This document shows positions 12,999 through 21,854 of a stretch of 64,000 nt of DNA, in pieces. The number at the start of each line of letters is the position of its first letter. The first letter of the stretch is position 1. Source of the stretch: Setoptus koraiensis (taxonomy: Eukaryota > Animalia > Arthropoda). The stretch lies in NCBI GenBank assembly GCA_048013815.1, contig CM106586.1, positions 19,344,001-19,408,000 of the forward strand, read 5' to 3'. Under the pieces are notes generated by a model that was given only the letters and a program-made list of their open reading frames with translations, was not told the origin of the DNA and did not search any database. The position numbers and the translations under genes were made by a program.

Positions 12999-13440
12999 AT
13001 TTGTGGGCCCAATTGTCTCAGAACAAGTGAGATTCTGCCGTATTGGCAGCATTGAAAGTTATTCAAAGGACTAATGAGTTAAAATAAAATAAATTAAATA
13101 ATATCTGATGCAGCACGAATACCGCTAGAGACTATCTTGTGAGCGAGAGCCTCACCGTTTCCGAGGCACATATCTCGCGCCGCATCTGCTTTTTGGATTT
13201 ATACAAGACAACAAGCACTTCAATTATTACGCAACTATTACACAAAGTTTTGTTTATCATAGTTGTTGGTTGAATCACGCACGAGATGGAATTAATCGCA
13301 CTTGGCGTTCAAGTGGGCAGATGTAGATTGTAGCTCATTTGTCTAAGCAACTAGCTCTAGCCAGCAACACAATAAAACACAATAAAAAAAGTGAAAAGAA
13401 TCAGAAAAATATTGTCCATTCTCCTCGGAAATAAATTAAT

Positions 13441-13836
13441 ATGCCTCCGAGAAAGAAGCCCGCTAATGTGACATTCGACGATGCGACTGCCAGCGACAGT
13501 GACACAGAATCGACGCACCCGAGGTATACGACGACCATCGACGACCCCTACTCAACTGCTGGTGCTTCTGGACCGAGGAAAAGGAGAGCCTACAATAGAA
13601 GGAAACCGAAGCTCACCAGAGATGATGTCGATGATCTGATTGACGGGACAAACAAATTGGCTAAACGAACGAAGAACAAGATCTCTGGTACGGTCAAGCG
13701 CTATTTGCCCGAAAGATACTATTATGAGCAGGATGACATGTATACTTTTGCCTACTATGTCGGCCTAGGAACGTGCATACTCGTGACCGCCTACGCAGTG
13801 TTCAAATTGATTGGTACTAATAGTACCAATAAATAA
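13441..13836 (+). CDS. Tail-anchored membrane protein (131 aa) with basic NLS-like segments
   Basis: MPPRKK...RKRRAYNRRKPK; C-terminal TM FAYYVGLGTCILVTAYAVFKLI; AATAAA overlapping the stop. Confidence 0.78.
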   Translation: MPPRKKPANVTFDDATASDSDTESTHPRYTTTIDDPYSTAGASGPRKRRAYNRRKPKLTRDDVDDLIDGTNKLAKRTKNKISGTVKRYLPERYYYEQDDMYTFAYYVGLGTCILVTAYAVFKLIGTNSTNK

Positions 13837-14219
13837 ATGTTTCGGTTGCAAAAAATTGCATCGAAAACATTGAATGATGAAGTTTCTCACAGCAATCGAT
13901 CCACAAATGCTTCGCCCTATCGTTTGTCTGGTCGTTGGTTGTTGAGCATTCATTGGCCACGCTCTTGCTATCAATATAACAATATGTTAATACATCTAAA
14001 TTTAGACGCGATTTCTCACCCCATTTGTTTGAGTCATGTTCCATTAACTGGTAGATCGGTCTTGAGTTGTTTGTTTGAAACAAACATAATGCAACACTTC
14101 ATTCTCTGATCGCAATTCAATTGAAAATATTCACCAACTAATAATAAGTTGACAAAATAACAAGTTTCAGGTTTTGTTTTATCTAGATATTTTGAGAGAA
14201 AAAGCATCAAAAAGAGACT

Positions 14220-14692
14220 ATGTCCATGTCCAGTTGCAACCGATTGATGAGCTGCATCATGCTAGCGATGATCAGTTTTCAGTTACTATTTATCGGTGAG
14301 TAGTTGCGACCATGCAAAAAGAACCTGCCAATTGATGATGCAAACTAATGAAAAGATTGATTCGTCCCTCATTGTACTGTATAGGCATCGGCGTCAACTG
14401 CAACTACGATTCTGTGTATGGCGAGGAGCAAGATATAGATAGAGAAGTGGACCAAATAGAGAATGAGGCACAATATGGCGTTGACAGAGTTGAAAACAAC
14501 GTCGAGGATGCTGTGGACGACGTGGAAAATGTTGGCAAATTTGCGAGGGCAGCCGTAGATTACGGCGAGAATGCTGTAGAAAACGAAGTGGAAGAAAAGA
14601 GAGATGAGGGCGAATCGTGGATGCTGGGCAAAGTTTCCGACGGCTTGGAGGATATCGCCGAAGCGGGATCGAATGTGTACGACAGGAGATAA
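14220..14692 (+). CDS. Secreted acidic protein (127 aa) with 11-residue VDxxEN repeats; exons 14220-14295, 14385-14692
   Basis: Signal-peptide exon MSMSSCNRLMSCIMLAMISFQLLFI G|GTGAGT; acceptor TAG at 14384; phase 1 join is in frame; AATAAA after the stop. Confidence 0.85.
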
Positions 14693-15217
14693 ATAAAGAA
14701 ATAGACAAAAAATGAGCTAACATATTTGAGGCCTCAGAACAGTCTTGGTGAAGCGCATTCATTGTGTTGCTCAGTGAAATCCGGCGAATAAACAACAATA
14801 TTGTCTATAATAACTATTATGCTATTGTTATACAAATTCATTTATTCTCTCTCTGATACCATAGTCAGCTCGCATCATGGGGTCTGACTGGCCTCATCAT
14901 CGTGATCACGATCATATTCCAATGTGAGTGCGTCTAAAAATGGCTTGACAGTGAATTACGTCATCTCATCTAGTCCCGAAATAGATTATGAATGAACGTG
15001 ACTCGCCATTCAGGGTGACTTGTAAACCTGTACATATCTGTACAGGCGTTGTTATATTTCTCTAGGAACTTGTCAATTTATTTACATATTCTTTCAGGTT
15101 TATTCCATTAGCTACAGTATACATAATCTATCACCAAGTCTGGTATTATCTCATTAATATCATTTAATTAAATAACACTCGATTCAACCGTGCAGTGCAA
15201 AAACGTACAAAGAGAAC

Positions 15218-16310
15218 ATGATGAAATATTCGCTTCAATTTATTCTACTGATTAGTATCGGTCTTACCGCCATTTCAGGTGAGTTGCGATTACTAAGCGC
15301 TAACTTTGAGTCGGTGAACAACTACTGCCACAGATCCGTGCTAATTGTTTGATGGCCTCTCTCAATTGTTTCATCCAGTCGACAGAGTGTCCTGCGGTGC
15401 CCTTGATAAAATCAAAGACCTCGTTACTGGCGGTGATAAAGAACCGGAAATCGATGAGAAAAACTTGACCACCGAGCAGTTAGTTGAGAAACAGGATAAA
15501 GAATGTAAGTCCGAAATCATCTGCCTAAGGCGCAACTGACCAGACACTCAAATTTGATGGTGCCAAACTCACGCCGAAATATACAAATTCTTGAACAACT
15601 CTCCACTTTCTAATTCTTTTCCAATGTGAGAAGCTTTGTACCAGGGAGGTTTAAAAGAACAGATAGCTCACGGAGCAGCGGACGCCATCTTCGATAGAGC
15701 AACTGACTACATTAAAGAGAACAGTGTTCCATCAATTCTGAAGCCGGCAGTCGGTTTAGTAACGAGCAAGTTGAAGCAAAAGGTTCATCACAATATTAAT
15801 AGCTGGGATGATGCAGACCAAATAGAAAAGCTTGAAAAAGAAAGGGGCGAAAACGGTGAAGAGGTCGCCGAACAGAGAGAACAGGAAAATGGAGAAAATG
15901 CTGACCATGAGAAGGAACATAAAGAGGGATGGTTTGAAAAAGTGAAAGATAAAATCACCGGACATGACGACGAACACGAGAGACGAAAACGCTCAATAGA
16001 AATGGAACCCGTCCAGGCACGTCAAAGTAAGTTCTCGAAATTGATAACTAATGCAAAGAACTTGTTGCATTTTCGCCGAAATCGTCACCCTCAAGCTGCT
16101 GCACAACCCAGAGCTTATGAAGAACCGCAACTAGTGCAACAACGAAGAAAGAGAGACGTAAAGAGAGCTTCGGAAAACGATGAGCAAAACAGTGCTATCG
16201 ATGAAATTTCAAACAAGGCCAAATCAGTTGTGACTAGTCTCCACCCAAGGAACGTTTTAGGTCGAATCAATAAGCACCTTGGAAACATCACCAACAAGTC
16301 CCAACAATGA
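15218..16310 (+). CDS. Secreted precursor, copy 1 (287 aa), multiple furin/dibasic sites; exons 15218-15278, 15379-15504, 15634-16310
   Basis: Signal peptide MMKYSLQFILLISIGLTAISVDRVSCG; donors GTGAGT and GTAAGT; acceptors CAG and AAG placed by alignment with the paralog; total 864 nt in frame. Confidence 0.85.
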
Positions 16311-18021
16311 AAAGCTGCGTTGGAGCCTCACAAAGATCTGTGCATTTAAAGAATAAGACGGTGAAAGGATTATCCATAGAATCATGACATCCAACTGAAC
16401 ATGGTGGGATCTGCGCTAAACTATCCTAATGAGCTGCATTAAGAAAGAACATAGCCGAAAGGAGTCACTGAGAAATAGAAGTCAAGTTGGAAATCTTGTC
16501 ATTACAGTATTTCAATATAATCCAAACCAATCTAAATGACAAAATAATAAAAACGATCCCCGGTTAAGTACATGAAATCCTGTTGAATATGGCCAATATT
16601 CATATTGGTATTTTGATATGAGTTTATTTCTACCTATGTTAACTTTTTCGTTTCATCATTTTTGTGCACCAAGGATTGACGTCTCATTGTTGTCCGGCAG
16701 CTCATGGAGCCGCCTCATCCGCATTTTTTTCGATTGGAAAAATCTGCCTGACACTAACGAGCCTCTGGTTCATCGACTCAAATGCAACTAACTCGATAGA
16801 TCCAGAGCTGAAACCATTGAGATTGAGTGTCTGCATATAGTGAATAATGTGCTTCATTGCATCAAGCAGTATTTAAGATATTCTTGGGCCCGCATAGATT
16901 TTTTCCGACCCAAATATCTAAATACCCAAAATATCTGGATGATCTCATGATAAATGGACTTTTGTGCGGTTTCTCTTTGGCCGCGAGTATGTCCCAAGCA
17001 TGTCCTAGTATAAGGAGCTCCTTTGCATTGTATCCTTTTTTCAGAATGACATACCGAGACTTTGACGATCTGCCTAACAATCGCGATGGATATTGGAACG
17101 GGGATGCAAACTGAGGAAGCTATAAAGACCGATTTGCGAGAGAGTAACTAGGTCTGTCGAGCACTACACTAGTGGGTCAGTAGAGCGAGGATCTGGCTAA
17201 TCATGAGACTCACAAGGAAAACCTCCTAAGCATGACACCTCTTTTGACCTGAGTCTGGTCTTGTTGAATTCTCCTGTATCTGAAGAGCAAGGAATGGAGA
17301 TTTGTTTTCCCGGAAAATGCTTTATTTTCGAGATATCTGGCCTCAAAAAAAAATCATGCTCATTCTCCGATGTATTCGAGGCTAAGCAAGCGCACTAAAT
17401 AGAAAATGCATGCCTAATGCAAAACAAGCCTTCGGCACGAACGAATTTCGAGGTCAGGTTAGCCAATCAAGAACCCGAAGGATCGAAGTTGGCATTCGTC
17501 AGTAGTGATCAATGAAAACGCCGCTGGGCTTTCAGTATTCATATAGTATAGTGTGGCAAATGCTTTCGAGCCACGACGTTCTCAGTTTTGTCCTCGGGGT
17601 CACTTTTGTTTCAGGTCAGTCCCCGATACTTATTTTCAATTTCTAGATCAGTAACTTCTTTACCCCATCAGTATTCAATCAGTTCTTCTTTCGGAAGCAA
17701 CGCGATAGAATCAATTTCAGCCACTCAACAACGGGTTTGTTATCATATTATATTATTTCAATTATTCGTAGCATTTCGATAGATTATGATGACAAGATTC
17801 TCTCTCTCACTCTCACTCTCGCTCTCTCTTTCCCTGTTCCATTTAGCTTGTTCAAAAATCCGACTGATCGACTGTTTCGGCTACTTTTGCTCTTAATGCA
17901 TCCCATTGAGACAGATTAGCTAAGGTCATGATCTAGTCGGTTTTGGTGTTCAATTTGATCGTTACTCCATCGGTTCTTCGATCTGTCGCTATGTGCCTTG
18001 GTCTTATTTTCGACCATTGCT

Positions 18022-18718
18022 CTAGTATTCTCCCTCTCTCTGTTCAGCGCCCTCCTCACCGTTTTCGGCTCTCTCTCTTTTTAGCTTCTCTATTTGCTCT
18101 TCATCGTCCCAGCTATTGATTTCGTGATGTATCTTTTCCTTCAAACCGTGTGACAATAATTCCACTGCAGGTTTCATGATACCTGGGGCATTGTTCTCTG
18201 CAATATAGTCAGTTATTCGACCCATGGCCGCATCAGCTGCCGTGTGAGCTATCTGTTCTTTCCAACCTCCCTGGTACGAAGCTAGTCACATTAGAAAACA
18301 TGACAGGAAAGGACGTGGAGTTGTACAAGAATTTGTATGTTTGAGTTTAAGCTTTGCCAGTTTTTCAGTTCCGGTTTATTGCATCAGTGGCATGATAAAG
18401 AGTCACAAACAAATAATATTGTACTTACATTCCTCATCCTGCTTCTCAACTATCTGCTCTGGGGTCAGGTTCTCTTCATTTTCGTTTTCCGCCGACTCGT
18501 CGCCACCGCCAGTTACGAAATCTTTGATTTTATCAAAGGCACCGCAGGACACTCTGTGGACTGGATGAAACAATTAAGAGAGGCCATCAAACAATTAGCA
18601 CGAATTTGTAGCGGCAGTTGTTCACTAAATCAAAATTTGCGCCCAGTTATCGCGACTCACCTGCAATTGCGTGAAGACCGATACTGATCAGTAGAATCAA
18701 TTGAATCGAATATTTCAT
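18022..18718 (-). CDS. Secreted precursor, copy 2 (149 aa), inverted C-terminally shorter paralog; exons 18718-18661, 18560-18429, 18281-18022
   Basis: Same exon/intron layout as copy 1 (MKYSIQLILLISIGLHAIAVHRVSCGAFDKIKDFVTGG...INSWDDEEQIEKL...EQREGEY*); 56/82 identical residues in the shared part of exon 3. Confidence 0.85.
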
Positions 18719-19184
18719 CTTGTTCGCTCTGTCCGTTTTTGTGTTGTTGCCTGTTAAATCGATTGTTATTTAATTAATTGATATTAATGAGATAATACTC
18801 GACAGGATGATAGATTGGGTATGCTGTAGCTGGCGAAAAAGACTTACCTGTTAAAAGAGAGGAATGTCTGACATGATCTATTTTGGGACTGGGGGAGTTG
18901 AAAACTTTCAATATCATTTTATTTTTAGGCACAGATCGACTAGAATATAGTTGGCAAGTAAAGTGGATCGATACAACAATATGTCACAAAAATATATGAA
19001 TACACCATCCCCAGGACCGATATTGATTTCCTTTTACCCTTTCGTTGTCTTGGGTGAAATTCCCATCCCAAGACAATCGATAACTGTCATTAGTTTCGTT
19101 TATTTTTCATAAAATTACTTACAATTAATGTTAGTGAGCGACTCCACCTGTAACTCACACCGGGGAGCTGACATGACCTGCCAT

Positions 19185-19370
19185 CCTCACATTTGATCTT
19201 TCCTCCTCATGTCCCTTCCCGATCCCTGGCATTCGCTTTGACATTCACACATGAACTCCCCTATGCTCTCACCTTTCTGTAGAAGAGAGGACAGGTGAGT
19301 TTGTGTGCGAAGTTCAGAGCGAATGCAAGAGATTCGGCAGGGACATGAGGAGGAGTGAGAAAATGTGAGG
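19185..19370 (+). ncRNA. Long imperfect fold-back (74-bp ungapped stem); candidate hairpin RNA or MITE relic
   Basis: 19185-19258 matches the reverse complement of 19297-19370 at 59/74 positions with no gaps. The inverted repeat is certain; transcription is not shown. Confidence 0.5.
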
Positions 19371-20806
19371 GCGAGCAAGAGGCCCGTGCTTGATAGTGCC
19401 ACTAATCTATATTGTGTGGGCTGAATTCTCCTGTGGTTAGCGTTCGCGGCCGCTATATCGCCTCGATCAGACGAATTTCATCTTTAAATTGAATTATATT
19501 TTATTTAATCTGATGAATCTAATCTGGCTCGCGAAACAAAAACTAGATAATAAATTGTTTAGGCATTTTCGACAGCTCAAGAAGCCAGTGGAGACTAGTT
19601 CAGCTGGTGCTCTCAGAAACTTGTGATACCGTTGTCGCTTCGCATAATAGCGGCGCCGACTTGCCCCTAATCTGCTTATATTTATAGCAGTCTGGAAATT
19701 TCTGACCGATTTTGATTATTTTGTACTTATTTGTATGTGAAATAGTCGGCAGCTGGATTGTCGTCTAGCGCGAGACGGAGAGTGCTGCTGCGAAGCCGAT
19801 GTGCGCGTGACGTCAATCGCTCTCTACCGTGCTCCAAAAGATAAAATCTCTTGGCTGCTTGCAGCGACGAATATCGCTTGGCATCACAATGACCTCTGAT
19901 AACACTGATCAAACACTTTCGATCAATTGACTCTGAATTTTCATTTCCTGTTCCTGTAAATGGCTGAATAATGTGCGGCTGTGAACCGCTGGCGGTTTTA
20001 CATGTACTATAACTGGTAGTTCCGGGCCAGCGGCCAACTTTTTTTCTGTGGGCAACCACTGGATGTGGTTAGGCACGCCAGTTTTGATTATGAGAAGGGC
20101 ACACAGAGAATGGAACAGTATTCGTGAGACATGTGTCATGTAGGCTGGTTGTATTCATCTTGCTTTAATTACACATTCGGAGTGAGGTCGCATGAGAACA
20201 CACGAGAAGAGAAAGCGGTTTCACAGGCCTAAATAAACAGTCCAAAACTAGAAAAGTTCCGCTCTAGAAATTTCTAAAAGCAGAGGGCAGAAAAAAAAGA
20301 AGTCTCGCCAAATCTTGTTGAACAATGAGCGCATTGAGCAGCGAATTATAGCAGGTTGTTATTAAGAATAATTGACTTCTCTCGAATCGTAATAAACGAC
20401 CCAATAGCACGCATATGACTTAATAGGAATTATCCGAGCCGCTACTGCACACGAGATGGCAGTTAGTGTCTGACGGGCATGAGGTTGAACTTTAATTGGA
20501 CCCGTCGTGGACGAAGCCGAGCACGTTTCTACGTTACGATGGATCACATCCTATATTTACAACCAAACGTAAATATGTGGTGTATGTGTACATCGCCAAT
20601 GCGCCACAAACACCCGCGGCTCCCCCCCCCCCCAAAAAAAAACATCTGAATTGTCGGGCGGATATTGATTACGTGAGCCGCGGATGCAAATCGCTGTGTG
20701 CAGGCGAGCCAATGTTTATTTTTGCCCTTCGTTTCAACCATTTTTAAACTCTTTGAGTACGCTCACAATCGGCAGTGTGCAACTTTAATGGTGATCATTT
20801 ACATAC

Positions 20807-21091
20807 ATGGAACAGGTAATTAATACAGGCCAACCATATCAACAAACAAATGTCAGTCCAGTTAGCACAATGAGATGGTCACTCCCAATTTCAAGTTTGC
20901 TTTGTAATCCGCTCACTGTGTTTATGCAACATCTCAATAGATCCTCTACTAAGGTTAGCCCCGAGTTACAAGCCGGCAACACCGACAACAACAACAGCAC
21001 CACCAACATCAACAATTTCGACATTTCTGCGAATGAAAAGAATGAAGATTCAAAACAGCAGAAATTCGAATTGAGCACATTCGCAATCAAG
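20807..21091 (+). CDS. Possible upstream coding exon(s) of the MDM1-like gene (MEQ 20807-20815 and 20954-21091, or unspliced)
   Basis: ATG 20807; strong phase-0 donor AAG|GTAAGC at 21092, compatible with the phase-0 acceptor at 27521; no homology support. Confidence 0.4.
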
Positions 21092-21386
21092 GTAAGCGCA
21101 GCGGTTGATTTTGAGCGATGCAATTTTTTCCTTTTTTCTTCATTCGTTCGAGGGAGAGACAGAGAAAGGGAGATTTCGTTAATTTGCTTTTTCGTTCGTC
21201 TCCGAAAAAGTAAATCGTCTCGTCATGTCCACAATGGACACACGGCGAAGTGCGCCCACCTAATATCATGATATCATGATGCACATCACAGTTTTGTTGC
21301 CCAGTCTCATAAATATGATAATTATGGTTCGCCTGGATAACGCCGCAGTTTATGCTGCCGTAATTAGTCGCTGCAACTTGCAACTT

Positions 21387-21463
21387 TGAAATATAGTTGG
21401 AATACAGCTGGAATATGGCTGGAATATGGCAGGAATATAGTTGGAATATAGTTGAAATGTAGT
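21387..21463. repeat. 11-bp tandem repeat (TGGAATATAGT-like) x7
   Basis: Direct reading. Confidence 0.9.
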
Positions 21464-21760
21464 TGGCGTTTAGGCTGCACAGGCACATAGAGCCTCCCAC
21501 TTGACAGGTCCAATTTCTCGAAATTCATTCGTTCCATTCGAGATTTCGGAGATATTTGCGTCTATCTATACAATGTTGACCGGAGCGAATGCGTCTGACA
21601 TGGATGAGAGGATCGGGCACACAATGGGCCAGATAATTGAATCCATGCCGGGCTCGCTCGATCATCGCGATTATTACATGTATCGTTATTGTTGTTGCGA
21701 CCGGTGCGCCATTTCGGGAATTTCGCTCAAATTTTTCGCGAAACTTTTCCTCGAAAAAAG

Positions 21761-21854
21761 TCCGAGAAAAATGTCTTGGGAAAATGCCCGAGAAAACGCC
21801 CGAGAAAACGCCCGAGAAAACGCCCGAGAAAAATGTCCGAGAAAAATGTCCGAG
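21761..21854. repeat. 12-13-bp tandem repeat (AAAACGCCCGAG) x~7
   Basis: Direct reading. Confidence 0.9.

Noticed and set aside
14857-14930. Hydrophobic frame (LASWGLTGLIIVITIIFQ) ending at a GTGAGT donor, like a fourth signal-peptide exon
   Set aside because: No in-frame ATG, and the nearest downstream acceptor gives an immediate stop; at most a relic.
16620-17600. Stop-interrupted reading frames between the inverted paralogs, considered as a transposase or pseudogene remnant
   Set aside because: No DDE, RT or other recognisable motif in any frame examined; would need tBLASTx.
19187-19402. Minus-strand ORF over the hairpin; both arms translate to similar peptides
   Set aside because: Only 4 of 15 arm differences fall in purely synonymous codons, about neutral expectation; non-ATG start.
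19727-20139. Two overlapping minus-strand ORFs, one with a signal-like start (MTHVSRILFHSLCALLII)
   Set aside because: No consistent splice model or recognisable domain; cannot be supported without transcripts.
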